From contig JAFAQT010000427.1 in assembly GCA_019246215.1 (NCBI GenBank), positions 12,882-76,881 on the forward strand: a DNA stretch of 64,000 bases, in the 5' to 3' direction. The translations under genes were made by a program, and so were the position numbers. Under the pieces are notes generated by a model. The model did no database searches, was not told where the DNA came from, and saw nothing but the letters and a program-made list of their open reading frames with translations. Below, piece after piece: positions 30,061-39,820 of the stretch; the stretch's first letter is position 1, and every line of letters starts with the position of its first letter. Source of the stretch: Verrucomicrobiota bacterium (GTDB taxonomy: Bacteria; Verrucomicrobiota; Verrucomicrobiia; Chthoniobacterales; JAFAMB01).

Positions 30061-32568
30061 ATGAATCGAGGGCCGGAATTACTCAGTCCCGCGGGCAATT
30101 GGGAATGCCTGCGCGCGGCCGTCGCGAATGGCGCTAACGCGATCTACTTTGGTCTGGAGCGCTTCAATGCTCGTATGCGAGCCGATAATTTTCGAACGGA
30201 GGAGTTGGTGGAGGTCATGGCTTACCTTCGCCGCTACGGGGTCCGCGGATATGTGACTTTCAACACGTTAATTTTCACCGATGAACTCCGGGAAGCCGAA
30301 CGCCTTTTAATAAAGCTGGAGGAGGCTAGAGTAGACGCGATCATCGTGCAGGATCCCGGCTTGGCGCGCCTAGCTCGCGAGGTCGCGCCGGAATTGGAGT
30401 TGCACGCTTCGACGCAGATGACAATCACCTCTCCCGAAGGCCTGCAGCTTGCGAGAGAATTAGGCATCACTCGAGCCGTGCTCGCTCGGGAACTTTCGTT
30501 GCGGGAGTTGAAGCGCTTCGCGACTGATGGATTTCCAGTGGAGGTTTTCGTGCACGGCGCCCTTTGTGTTGCCTACTCTGGACAATGTCTGACGAGCGAG
30601 TCGCTCGGGCAACGAAGCGCGAATCGAGGCGAGTGCGCTCAAGCGTGTCGTTTACCGTACCAACTGCTCGTGGATGGCCGTTTGAAAGATCTCGGCGACA
30701 AAAGGTTTCTGTTGTCTCCGCAAGATCTCGCAGGGATCGAGGAAATTCCCGAGTTGATACGCCTTGGGGTGGCTAGCTTCAAGATCGAGGGGCGCTTGAA
30801 GTCTCCAGAATACGTAGCGGCGGTTACCAGAGTCTATCGTGATGCGATAGATAGAGCGATGTCTGCGATTGCCTCTGAAAGTGAGGCGTGCGGAATTCCG
30901 GACCAAGATCTGTACAGCTTGGAGATGACTTTCTCACGGGGTTTGTATCCTGGTTGGCTGCACGGAGTAAACCATCAACGACTGGTTAACGGGCGATGCG
31001 GCAAAAAGCGCGGAGCTTTTGTGGGCTTCGTTCAGAATATTGGGAAGGATTTTGTGGAGATTAATCCAGAGGTAGAAATCAAGCCGGGGGACGGCGTTGT
31101 GTTTGACGCCGGAGACGATACCGAGCATGAACAGGGCGGCCGAATTTACCAGGTGCGATCTCGGCGGCTCCATTTTCGTAACGGGCAAATTGATTTTCAA
31201 CAGGTGAAAGTGGGTGATCGACTATGGAAAACGGATGACCCAGTTCTTAACCGGCAGTTACGACAATCCTTCGCGCGTGAACCCGAACGCGCGCGCACTC
31301 CGGTTGACATGGTCGTCTCAGGACAGAGCGGTAGTCCACTCCAGTTGCGCGTCATTTCCGGCAGCCACGCGGCCGAGGTATCTTCAGAACTCGAACTCAG
31401 CCCTGCCAAGACTTCGAAGTTGAGCAGCACAGTTTTGCGCGAGCAGCTGAGCCGCCTGGGTCAGACGCGGTACATCTTGCGAAAACTCGACGTCCATCTC
31501 CGGGGCGACGTTTTCATGCCGATAGGATTCATCAACCGGCTCCGACGGGGGGCGATTGCCAAGTTGGATGCCGCAATTGATGAACATCGTTCTGGGAAAG
31601 GCAAATCGCCCAACACTCCGCTATTCGTTCGGATCGCCACCCGGGAAGTGCCGTCGGTCTTGGAGCGAGCACCTCGAGGTCCGTCGGAATCGGCTTTGTG
31701 TCGGCTACTCGTCGACGCGACAGCCGGCCGGCATACGTCCTCCGAACTGATCGTACTTTGCCGGAGCTTCGATCAGATCGAGATCGCTCTGGAGGAAGGA
31801 GTCCAAACTATCTACGTCGATTTTGAAGATGTGCGGCTTTACCAGCAAGCCGTCGACATAATTGGTGATCGCGCCCACGCATTTCTCGCGACGCCCCGAA
31901 TTCAGAAATCCGGCGAGCAAGGGTTTTTCCGATTGATTGAGAACGCACAACCGTACGGCGTGTTGATTCGTAATCTTGGGTCGATCTCATTCTTCCGCTA
32001 CAAGGGCTTTCGATTGCACGGCGATTTTTCGCTGAATGTTGCCAATCCGTTGACGGCAACCTTTTTTGCGCAGCGAGGTCTCGATCAGCTCACGATTTCC
32101 TACGATCTCAATGTCGAAGAGGTGCTTTCATTACTGCGGTATGAGCCGGCAAATCGATTTGAGCTGACTATCCATCAGCATATGCCGATGTTTCATATGG
32201 AGCACTGCGTGTTTGCCGCATTCCTCTCGAATGGCAACGACTGCACAAGCTGTGGCCGTCCCTGCGACCGGCACGAGGTTAAGCTGCGCGATCGGGTCGG
32301 TTCCGAGCATCTGGTTAAAGCGGACGTGGGTTGTAGAAACACTGTTTACAATTCGCGGGCACAATCCGGCGCCCAATGCGCTCAGGCATTGCTGGCAGCG
32401 GGATTGCGACGATTCAGAGTGGAGTTTCTCAACGAAAACCGTTCGGAAGCGGGTCACTTAATCCGGGTGTACAGGCGATTAATAAACGGAGAAATCCCTG
32501 GAGAGGAAGTTTGGCGTGAGATAAAGGTCCATTTTCAATTGGGGGTGACGAAAGGGACCTTGGAATGA
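30061..32568 (+). CDS. U32-family protein, long form (peptidase U32 / DUF3656-type)
   Basis: N-terminal U32 signature: PELLSPAGNWECLRAAVANGANAIYFG...EVFVHGALCVAYSGQCLTSESLGQRSANRGECAQACRLPY. There is a second U32-like half near the C-terminus, with a Cys cluster at CVFAAF...CTSCGRPC. Confidence 0.8.
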   Translation: MNRGPELLSPAGNWECLRAAVANGANAIYFGLERFNARMRADNFRTEELVEVMAYLRRYGVRGYVTFNTLIFTDELREAERLLIKLEEARVDAIIVQDPGLARLAREVAPELELHASTQMTITSPEGLQLARELGITRAVLARELSLRELKRFATDGFPVEVFVHGALCVAYSGQCLTSESLGQRSANRGECAQACRLPYQLLVDGRLKDLGDKRFLLSPQDLAGIEEIPELIRLGVASFKIEGRLKSPEYVAAVTRVYRDAIDRAMSAIASESEACGIPDQDLYSLEMTFSRGLYPGWLHGVNHQRLVNGRCGKKRGAFVGFVQNIGKDFVEINPEVEIKPGDGVVFDAGDDTEHEQGGRIYQVRSRRLHFRNGQIDFQQVKVGDRLWKTDDPVLNRQLRQSFAREPERARTPVDMVVSGQSGSPLQLRVISGSHAAEVSSELELSPAKTSKLSSTVLREQLSRLGQTRYILRKLDVHLRGDVFMPIGFINRLRRGAIAKLDAAIDEHRSGKGKSPNTPLFVRIATREVPSVLERAPRGPSESALCRLLVDATAGRHTSSELIVLCRSFDQIEIALEEGVQTIYVDFEDVRLYQQAVDIIGDRAHAFLATPRIQKSGEQGFFRLIENAQPYGVLIRNLGSISFFRYKGFRLHGDFSLNVANPLTATFFAQRGLDQLTISYDLNVEEVLSLLRYEPANRFELTIHQHMPMFHMEHCVFAAFLSNGNDCTSCGRPCDRHEVKLRDRVGSEHLVKADVGCRNTVYNSRAQSGAQCAQALLAAGLRRFRVEFLNENRSEAGHLIRVYRRLINGEIPGEEVWREIKVHFQLGVTKGTLE

Positions 32569-32593
32569 ATCAGCAGAAAGGATTGCAGAAACG

Positions 32594-33844
32594 ATGAGCG
32601 CCGGCGGCATCAGAAGTTTTCGGAGGATGGAGAACTCACCGCTAGCCAGTATTCTGTCGATTGTTTTTATCGATCTGATCGGGTTCGGGATGATCATACC
32701 GATCCTGCCATTGTACGCCCAGCGGTTCCAAGCCAGCGAATGGCAAATTGGAATTCTGCTTGCTTCTTACTCTTTCATGCAATTCCTGGCCTCCCCGGTC
32801 CTGGGATGGTTCTCCGACCGGTATGGACGTAAGCCGGTGCTGCTTTGCAGCCTGATCGGATCGGCGACTGGGTACATCCTGATGGCCGGCGCCATTTCCC
32901 TTGCGATGTTATTTCTGGCGAGAATTCTGGCCGGAGTAGCTGGTGCCAGCGTGGGGACCGCCTCCGCTTACATTGCGGATATTACAGCTCCTGAAAATCG
33001 ATCCAAACGGATGGGGTTGATTGGCGCCGCTTTTGGAATTGGTTTCGTTCTCGGTCCGGCAATCGGCGGTATTTTAAGCCAGTGGTCTGTAATCGCACCG
33101 TTCTGGTTTGCAGCAGTATTGTCGATTCTGAACGCAGTTCTGATGTGGATCATGCTACCGGAACCAGAGAGGCATGCAGCGCGAGAAAGAGGTCCGGTCA
33201 ATTTAAGGCAGATCTTCGAGCAAGCCGGTGGCTGGCGTCTTGGAGTTGTGACGGCCATCTATTTCATCGCGATCGCTGGCTTCGCCGTCGTGACCGTGAT
33301 CTACCCTCAGGTGAGTCATCGACGGTTCGGATTAAATCAGAGCCAGATCAGCTATATCTTTGTGATGGTCGGCCTGATTGGTGCCGGGATTCAAGGCGGA
33401 GGCATCGGCAGACTGGTTCAGCGTTTCGGGGATGTCAACCTCGCAATTGCCGGCTTTGCCATCATGTGTGTCAGCATGATGATGATGCCGCTTGCTCGAT
33501 CCGTTCCTCTTTTCCTGCTGTTCACTGCCGGCCTAGCGGTGGGCAACAGTCTGTCACAACCTACCGTGAACGCTATCGCCTCCAAGAGCGCTAGTGCCGC
33601 GCTCCAAGGACGGGTGATGGGAGTTGTCCAATCAGCCGGTAGTCTAGGGCGCGTCTTTGGTCCCGTACTCGCCGGATTTTTGCTCACCGGCGATCACACC
33701 CGTCCGAATATTCAATACGGGAACACCCCGTTCCTGGTGGGGGGAGTCGTTATTGCAATCGCATTTGGTCTAGCGACGACGTTGCGCCGATCTACCCCGG
33801 CGAAAGCCGTCACGGCTTCGCCGGTTGAGGCAGATAAGAACTAA
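32594..33844 (+). CDS. MFS transporter (DHA1 / Tet-like)
   Basis: About 12 predicted TM helices. MFS motif A-like GWFSDRYGRKPVLL. The start may lie at an internal Met (MENSPLAS...). Confidence 0.8.
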   Translation: MSAGGIRSFRRMENSPLASILSIVFIDLIGFGMIIPILPLYAQRFQASEWQIGILLASYSFMQFLASPVLGWFSDRYGRKPVLLCSLIGSATGYILMAGAISLAMLFLARILAGVAGASVGTASAYIADITAPENRSKRMGLIGAAFGIGFVLGPAIGGILSQWSVIAPFWFAAVLSILNAVLMWIMLPEPERHAARERGPVNLRQIFEQAGGWRLGVVTAIYFIAIAGFAVVTVIYPQVSHRRFGLNQSQISYIFVMVGLIGAGIQGGGIGRLVQRFGDVNLAIAGFAIMCVSMMMMPLARSVPLFLLFTAGLAVGNSLSQPTVNAIASKSASAALQGRVMGVVQSAGSLGRVFGPVLAGFLLTGDHTRPNIQYGNTPFLVGGVVIAIAFGLATTLRRSTPAKAVTASPVEADKN

Positions 33845-34281
33845 TTGCTTTTGGACGGGGAGGGCGACTCGCCGGCAGCTGCTTTCCTTGCGCGCGCGGC
33901 TTTCATTTTTTCGGTGGTGGCGCTTTTCGAGGCAAGCAGCTTTTTCTGCTGCTCCGGAGTCAGGATCGCGTTGATATCGCTATCGAACTTCGTCTTGAGG
34001 GCAACCAACTTCGCTCGATCGCCATTTGCAGCTTGCCGCTCGTCGACATAGGCATCGATGATCGGTTTGGCTTTTGCCTCCTGATCGGCTGTCAGACCAA
34101 CCTGGTTCTTTAGCCGAGTCAACCTGGCGGCTTTGATAGCATCCGGAGAAGGCTTGTGTTTTGTCGTCGCGTTCGCAGTCGGGCTCGGGTCGGGAGAGGC
34201 TGCGTTCGCGATGAACGTGGTGAATAACGTGGCACAGAACAGCATCGCCGGGACTGCCCGAAGAAGGGATCTCAGGTTCAT
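33841..34281 (-). CDS. Periplasmic Spy/CpxP-family (LTXXQ-motif) protein
   Basis: Signal peptide MNLRSLLRAVPAMLFCATLFTTFIANA from ATG 34281. Two LTXXQ motifs (LTADQ, LTPEQ) in a helical Lys/Ala-rich protein. Confidence 0.6.
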   Translation of the reverse strand: MNLRSLLRAVPAMLFCATLFTTFIANAASPDPSPTANATTKHKPSPDAIKAARLTRLKNQVGLTADQEAKAKPIIDAYVDERQAANGDRAKLVALKTKFDSDINAILTPEQQKKLLASKSATTEKMKAARARKAAAGESPSPSKSN

Positions 34282-34362
34282 ACAACCTATCAAACACGTG
34301 TTAGAAGGGGAAGTTGCGGCTGAAGATCGAAACTGGCAGCACACCTTGGGAAGGGAAGAACT

Positions 34363-35349
34363 TCATGAGTTCAGCCAAACCGCGACATCTTTTGCCCAGT
34401 AGGTGATGATCATGTCAGCGCCTGCTCTGCGAAAGCCTGTCATCATTTCCATGACAGCTCGTTGCTCTTCGATCCAACCCATTTTCGCTGCGGCTTTCAC
34501 CATGGCGTATTCGCCGCTCACGTTGTAAACCGCGGTTGGTAACTCGAAGCGTTCCTTCACGCGCCAAAGAACATCCAGATATGGTAAGCCTGGTTTTACG
34601 ATCAAGAGTTCTGCTCCTTCTTCGACGTCTAAGGCGACTTCGCGCAACGCCTCGAGCGCGTTCGCGGGATCCATTTGATAAGTGCGCCGATCGCCGAATT
34701 GAGGTGCGCTCTCAGCCGCGTCCCTGAAGGGACCGTAAAATGCAGAACAGAATTTCGAAGCGTAGCTCATCAGTGCGACGTTCGTATATCCCTGAGCGTC
34801 GAGCGCGGTCCGGATAGCGCCTACTCGGCCATCCATCATATCGCTTGGAGCCACGATGTCCGCCCCCGCGGCGGCATGGCTGATCGCGGTTTTCACCAGC
34901 AGTTCCACGGAAGCATCGTTCAGGACATCGTAGCGGTTCCCTTCCTTGGCAACGACGCCGCAATGCCCGTGAGAGGTGTATTCACAAAGGCAGACGTCTG
35001 TGATCACAATCAGCTCCGGTGCTGCTTGTTTGATCGCGCGAACCGCCCGTTGCACGATTCCGGTTTCCGCGTATGCCTGGGATCCGTTTTCATCTTTTTG
35101 ATCAGGAATGCCGAACAACAGAATGGCGTTGATCCCGAGTTGGACGAGTGAGTGGCATTCCTGATCCAGGCTGCTTAAGGAAAGCTGCGCGACACCGGGC
35201 ATGCTCGATATTTCAGACCGGCCCGAAACTTTTTCAGAAATAAAGAGCGGATAGATCAGCTGACGAACGTCCAGACGAGTTTCCTGAACCATTTGTCGCA
35301 TTTTGTCGCTCGAACGGAGACGGCGCGGCCGATGGGTTAGATGAAGCAT
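34363..35349 (-). CDS. hemB: Porphobilinogen synthase (delta-aminolevulinate dehydratase)
   Basis: RPRRLR...LIYPLF...Cys-rich metal site DVCLCEYTSHGHCG...PSDMMDGRV...YASKF.SAFYGPFRDA...VKPGLPYLD. Confidence 0.95.
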   Translation of the reverse strand: MLHLTHRPRRLRSSDKMRQMVQETRLDVRQLIYPLFISEKVSGRSEISSMPGVAQLSLSSLDQECHSLVQLGINAILLFGIPDQKDENGSQAYAETGIVQRAVRAIKQAAPELIVITDVCLCEYTSHGHCGVVAKEGNRYDVLNDASVELLVKTAISHAAAGADIVAPSDMMDGRVGAIRTALDAQGYTNVALMSYASKFCSAFYGPFRDAAESAPQFGDRRTYQMDPANALEALREVALDVEEGAELLIVKPGLPYLDVLWRVKERFELPTAVYNVSGEYAMVKAAAKMGWIEEQRAVMEMMTGFRRAGADMIITYWAKDVAVWLNS

Positions 35350-35477
35350 TTCTTATGTTAACGGGGAATTTATTCAGGTTTCAACGATGGACGATTAACG
35401 GGTTCTGCCGTTTTGATGTGTCCTCGGCTTTCGGCTGAGCTATACTTTGGGGTTCATCTCGGCCCCTGTAAAATGCC

Positions 35478-36212
35478 ATGCAAAAGTTCTTACTAGTGAA
35501 TTTGAACAACACCTCAACGAAGCTCGCGCTCGCGGATAACGAAAAGCTGCTCGCAAAAAAGGTGCTAAACACCAAGATCTTATCAATCCCGGGGGTTAAG
35601 CGGGCCATCCGCACATGGAACTTTAGCTACGCGCTTGTCGGATCGGTTGTCCCGAAGAAAACGGCAATTTTTCGGAATCTGCTTCGTTCCCGGATGACGG
35701 AGGTCACCTCGGATTTGGATTTGGGGATCGGGATAGATTTCTCGGATCCGCACGGCATCGGCGCGGACCGGTTAGCAAATGCAGTTGGAGTCTCGGCGCG
35801 TTACGGATCTCCCGCCATCGTAGTTGATTTTGGAACGGCGGTGACTTTTGATATTATTTCCGGCAAGGGCGTGTACGAGGGGGGAGTCATTGCACCCGGG
35901 CTCGGCGTAATGGTGGACTACATGTATCAGCGGACGGCTCTGTTGCCGAAGATCGACCTGGAAGAACCGGTCAGTGTGATTGGTAAAAGTACCAGAAATG
36001 CGATGCTGGCCGGGGCAGTGTACGGTTATCGAGGTCTGGTCCGGCAGATCGTGACGGAAATAGTCGCGAAATTGGACGGAAAAGTAAGGATCGTCGCAAC
36101 CGGCAGTTATGCCGATCTGATTGCGGCAAAACTTCCGGAGTTGCAAATCGTCGATTTGGATCTCACTCTTGATGGTTTGCGAGTTATTGCGTTAAGAAAT
36201 TTCAATTCATGA
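35478..36212 (+). CDS. coaX: Type III pantothenate kinase
   Basis: LLVNLNNTSTKLAL...GADRLANAV...AIVVDFGTAVTFD...GGVIAPGL...LPKI...GKSTRNAMLAGAVYG. Confidence 0.9.
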   Translation: MQKFLLVNLNNTSTKLALADNEKLLAKKVLNTKILSIPGVKRAIRTWNFSYALVGSVVPKKTAIFRNLLRSRMTEVTSDLDLGIGIDFSDPHGIGADRLANAVGVSARYGSPAIVVDFGTAVTFDIISGKGVYEGGVIAPGLGVMVDYMYQRTALLPKIDLEEPVSVIGKSTRNAMLAGAVYGYRGLVRQIVTEIVAKLDGKVRIVATGSYADLIAAKLPELQIVDLDLTLDGLRVIALRNFNS

Positions 36213-37153
36213 GCACCCCCACCGCAATAGGTTTCGACATGGGAGCCACAAGTACCAAAACGGGCGTCGTCCGGGATGGCAAAATCCTCCTCAGAGGCAA
36301 CGTGATTGAGACCCGACAGGATGGTGACACAGAGGCGCTGATCGACGCCTTCATTCAGGAAATCCGGCGTCTGAAGGAATGGAATCCCGAGATTGAGGCT
36401 GTCGGGGTTGGAGTCCCCGGGATTATCAATCCTGTTGAAGGTGTCGTGGTGAACCTGACCAACGTGAAAGGGTGGAGGGACATCGCGTTGCGCTCGATTA
36501 TCATGGAGCGAACTGGCCTTTCGGGTAACCTGGAAAATGACGCCAAAGCAATGGCCTACGCGGAGTGGAAACATGGAGCGGGTCAGTCAGTACCGAACGT
36601 GGTCTGCGTGACACTGGGCACTGCGGTGGGGGGGGCGCTGATATTAAACGGGCGATTGTACCGAGGAGCCGCCTGGGTAGCCGGAGAAATCGGGCAGACC
36701 TCTATTGATTATCGCGGCGTCGATTTTGTCTATGGCAACAAGGGGGCTCTCGAGGCGTATGTTGGGCATCGCCAGATTTCGGCACGCGCCAAAGAGATAT
36801 ATGCGGAGGCGGGGAAGACTTTGTCCGACGAAGACGCCCATTTGGATCGTTTATGCAAGCTAGCTGACGAAGGAGATGAACTTGCCGATAAAGTCTGGCG
36901 TGATATCGGAACCAAGATTGGTGTTGGCCTCTCGAATGTGATCTGGCTGCTCAATCCGGATCGAATCGTAATCGGAGGTGGCGTTGCCCAAGCCGGTGAA
37001 CGATTGTTTGGGTATATCCGGCAAACGATCCGAACTCGCTGTGAACAAACATTTTGGGAGAAACTCGACCTGGTTCCCGCAACCTTAGGCAATGATGCGG
37101 GGATCATCGGAGCCGCGGCGCTCGCGCTGGATTCGGAGTTCAGGCTGAGGTGA
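36209..37153 (+). CDS. ROK-family sugar kinase (glucokinase-like)
   Basis: IGFDMGATSTK...GVGVPGIIN...ENDAKAMAYAE..HGAG...TLGTAVGGALILNG...GEIGQ...GG(G)VA. The 4-nt overlap with coaX suggests co-translation. Confidence 0.8.
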   Translation: MSTPTAIGFDMGATSTKTGVVRDGKILLRGNVIETRQDGDTEALIDAFIQEIRRLKEWNPEIEAVGVGVPGIINPVEGVVVNLTNVKGWRDIALRSIIMERTGLSGNLENDAKAMAYAEWKHGAGQSVPNVVCVTLGTAVGGALILNGRLYRGAAWVAGEIGQTSIDYRGVDFVYGNKGALEAYVGHRQISARAKEIYAEAGKTLSDEDAHLDRLCKLADEGDELADKVWRDIGTKIGVGLSNVIWLLNPDRIVIGGGVAQAGERLFGYIRQTIRTRCEQTFWEKLDLVPATLGNDAGIIGAAALALDSEFRLR

Positions 37154-37173
37154 GACAAACTGGGCGTAGCGGC

Positions 37174-37395
37174 TCAGAGCAGATCCTCGGTAACGACGCT
37201 TCGCTGTTCTCGAGAGCCTAGGATTCTCGCCTGCTCAATGACCACGTTTGAATCCTCTAGGAAACGATAACCGTTGCAACTTGGGCAAGTGACTACTCGC
37301 TTGGTCACAATGGAGTCACATCCTTCGCAAACCTTGTAAAGCTGCGGTTCCGCGGCTATTTTTGCCGCTTTCGCTGCTCGCTCGCTGAGAGACAT
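37174..37395 (-). CDS. Small zinc-ribbon protein (hypothetical)
   Basis: 73 aa with CEGC-x13-CPSC. No family recognised. Confidence 0.4.
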   Translation of the reverse strand: MSLSERAAKAAKIAAEPQLYKVCEGCDSIVTKRVVTCPSCNGYRFLEDSNVVIEQARILGSREQRSVVTEDLL

Positions 37396-37545
37396 TCCTT
37401 ATTTTCCTCTGATTTGGCCGAGTTGCACCATGATTTTCGGACGATCTGCAAAATTCAAACAAGTGTGCGAGCCGTGGCCAGTTGGCTGCTTTTCCGCGTT
37501 GCTCACTCGGCCCGTATCCATCCAGAGATGGTCGCGTTATCGCCC

Positions 37546-37564
37546 GTCCGGCTCGGACCGCCTT
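37546..37564. repeat. Palindromic 19-mer, copy B (reverse complement of copy A at 46434-46452)
   Basis: GTCCGGCTCGGACCGCCTT is the exact reverse complement of AAGGCGGTCCGAGCCGGAC. The match extends to about 24 of 25 nt. It contains a GGTCCG-AGC-CGGAC hairpin core and lies in an intergenic region. Confidence 0.5.
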
Positions 37565-37622
37565 TGCAAAAAACAGCCTGCCGACCTGCGGCAACGTCAC
37601 CGATTATACGCGAGACGGTGCA

Positions 37623-38621
37623 CTAGATTTCCATATGCCGACGCGGGACGAGATAATTCTGCACATAGTCGGTCACGGCTTGCTCAAGAGTGAACTTTGG
37701 ACCCCGGTATCCGGTTGCTTTCAGTTTCTCGATGTTGGCTTGCGTGAAGTACTGGTATCTTTCGCGGATCACCTCAGGCATCTCAATAAACTCGATCTGA
37801 GGGAGCCGGGAGAGAGCTGCGAATACGGCGTTTGCGAGATCAACCCATGTACGCGCCTTTCCACAACCTAGGTTAAAAAGACCGTGGGCGCTTCGCGTCA
37901 CCGCTAAATGAATGGTCATGTCGACAGCATCCTTCACGTATAAGAAATCTCGTTTTTGCTCACCGTCTTTGAACGCTGGTTTGTAGCTCTTGAAGAGGCG
38001 GATCTTGCCGGTTTCCAGGACTTGATCGTAGGCCTTATTGACAAGGCTTCGCATCTCACCCTTGTGCCATTCGTTGGGCCCGAAAACGTTGAAATACTTG
38101 AGACCGACGATCTTGGAGAAGAGTGCTTTCTGTTTTGCATAGCGGTCGAAGATTTGTTTTGAATAACCGTATGGATTCAGTGGACGGAGCGATTCGACAA
38201 CGGTCTCGTCATCCATCATGCCCTTGGCTCCATCGCCGTAGGTCGCAGCGGAAGATGCGTAGACAAATCGCGCATCATGAGCGAGGGCCCAATCGCACAG
38301 CATTTTAGTGTAGCGATAGTTGTTCTCCATCAGGTAGCCCGCATCGAGTTCGGTCGTAGCCGAACAAGCTCCAAGATGAAATACCCACCGGACCTCTTTC
38401 AGAATCAGACTATCAGCCTCCACTAACTCGATGAGTTTCGTTGATGAGACGTAGTCATCGAAGCTGAGCGGCGCTAGGTTTTGCCACTTCTCATCTTCTC
38501 CCAGCTGGTCGCAGACCAGGATATCTTGAAGGCCGAGCCGGTTGAGGCCCCAGAGGAGCGCGCTCCCGATGAAACCGGCTCCCCCTGTGAGCAGGATCTT
38601 GCCTTTTTCGAGTTCATTCAC
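37623..38621 (-). CDS. hldD: ADP-L-glycero-D-manno-heptose 6-epimerase
   Basis: ILLTGGAGFIGSAL...SSAATYGDG...YGYSKQ.FD...LKYFNVFGPNEWHKGEMRS...DGEQKRDFLYVKD. Start set at GTG 38621 (VNELEKGKILLTGG). The N-terminal 48 aa of the track ORF look non-coding. Confidence 0.88.
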   Translation of the reverse strand: MNELEKGKILLTGGAGFIGSALLWGLNRLGLQDILVCDQLGEDEKWQNLAPLSFDDYVSSTKLIELVEADSLILKEVRWVFHLGACSATTELDAGYLMENNYRYTKMLCDWALAHDARFVYASSAATYGDGAKGMMDDETVVESLRPLNPYGYSKQIFDRYAKQKALFSKIVGLKYFNVFGPNEWHKGEMRSLVNKAYDQVLETGKIRLFKSYKPAFKDGEQKRDFLYVKDAVDMTIHLAVTRSAHGLFNLGCGKARTWVDLANAVFAALSRLPQIEFIEMPEVIRERYQYFTQANIEKLKATGYRGPKFTLEQAVTDYVQNYLVPRRHMEI

Positions 38622-38674
38622 AATTTGAAATTTCCAGCCGATCGAGGTTGATTGCGCAATAAAAAAGATTCTGA

Positions 38675-39121
38675 ATGCGTGAGGGCCACCGAAAAATTCT
38701 TGTACTTGCAGCGGTTTTCTCTGGTGGATTGTTCGTGGGAGTCGCGGTGGTCGTTTTTCTTCAAGCAAGACCGGAGCCTGCGCCCGACACTACGAAGCTC
38801 AAGGATCTGTTGCATAACACCGCGCAACAAGAAATTGGACTACCGCCGCTGGCGGACGTCGAAGTGGAACTTACAATTGAGAGAGGGAACCTGGAGCAGG
38901 AGATCGAAAGAATTAAAGCGCTGGCAGCTAAGTTCGGTGGAGCAGCCATTCAGGGAATAGGGGATGATACTGGAACAGACGTGATGGCAGAAATCTCGCC
39001 GAGATTTACAGATCAATTTCTGGAGGCTTTGAAGCATCCTGAGAAACAGCCGGTCGCCGACCTGCGAGCGGGGGACAGTCAAAATGCTTTGGTCCAGGTA
39101 CGGCTGAGATTCCAAAGTTAG
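38675..39121 (+). CDS. Hypothetical membrane-anchored protein
   Basis: One N-terminal TM helix (ILVLAAVFSGGLFVGVAVVVFL) followed by a ~110-aa soluble domain with no motif I recognise. Confidence 0.4.
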   Translation: MREGHRKILVLAAVFSGGLFVGVAVVVFLQARPEPAPDTTKLKDLLHNTAQQEIGLPPLADVEVELTIERGNLEQEIERIKALAAKFGGAAIQGIGDDTGTDVMAEISPRFTDQFLEALKHPEKQPVADLRAGDSQNALVQVRLRFQS

Positions 39122-39133
39122 CGGGGTAGATCC

Positions 39134-39820
39134 GTGCGCAGAGTTTTTGTGACATTTGCGCTGCGGCAAGAGGGGGTTTCATTCGAAAAGAGGCTGACCC
39201 AACGCCTCGCCAAATCCGATTCGGTGCTTGGACGCCTGGATTCGAAGGAGGTTGCGGTTTATCGTCTCGGAATAGGAGTTCGCAATGAGGATCAATTCCA
39301 AAAAGCCCTAACGGATTTGCGGCCGGCCCTCGTAATCAACTCCGGCTTCGCTGGCGCCATTCGTACGCTGCTCGAGCCGGGCGACTTTGTTATCGCGGAA
39401 AACTTCAGTTCACCGGGACTACCCGAACGACTTGAAATCGCACGCATTTTTGAGGCGAGAGGCAGGTTCGCTTGCGTCGACACAGTGGCCGACCCTACAA
39501 CGAAGATGCGCCTCCGCTCCAAGGGAGACATCTTTGCGCTTGATATGGAGTCCGCCCGGGTCGCTTCGATTTGCCATGAGCATTCTATACCTTTAATCAC
39601 CGCGAGGATGATCTCGGACCGGTACGACGAACGGATCCCGGGCGTATTTCTCGGGCAACCAGTCGAGCAGATGAAAGATATCTTTCAGGCATTGGCCTTT
39701 GCGAGCCGAATGATCGTGCTGCGTCGCAGGCTAGCCGATCGGCTGGTGGCACTGGTTCAGCACATAAATCTGAATTCCGAATTTGGGTTTAATCTTCCTC
39801 CGGGCGGAACGCTCGACTGA
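39134..39820 (+). CDS. PNP/UDP-phosphorylase-family protein (MTA/SAH nucleosidase, futalosine hydrolase or HpnG-like)
   Basis: Family-typical blocks: VINSGFAGA, GDFVIAE, ALDMESARVA and ITARMISD. Specificity cannot be resolved from sequence alone. Confidence 0.55.
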   Translation: MRRVFVTFALRQEGVSFEKRLTQRLAKSDSVLGRLDSKEVAVYRLGIGVRNEDQFQKALTDLRPALVINSGFAGAIRTLLEPGDFVIAENFSSPGLPERLEIARIFEARGRFACVDTVADPTTKMRLRSKGDIFALDMESARVASICHEHSIPLITARMISDRYDERIPGVFLGQPVEQMKDIFQALAFASRMIVLRRRLADRLVALVQHINLNSEFGFNLPPGGTLD

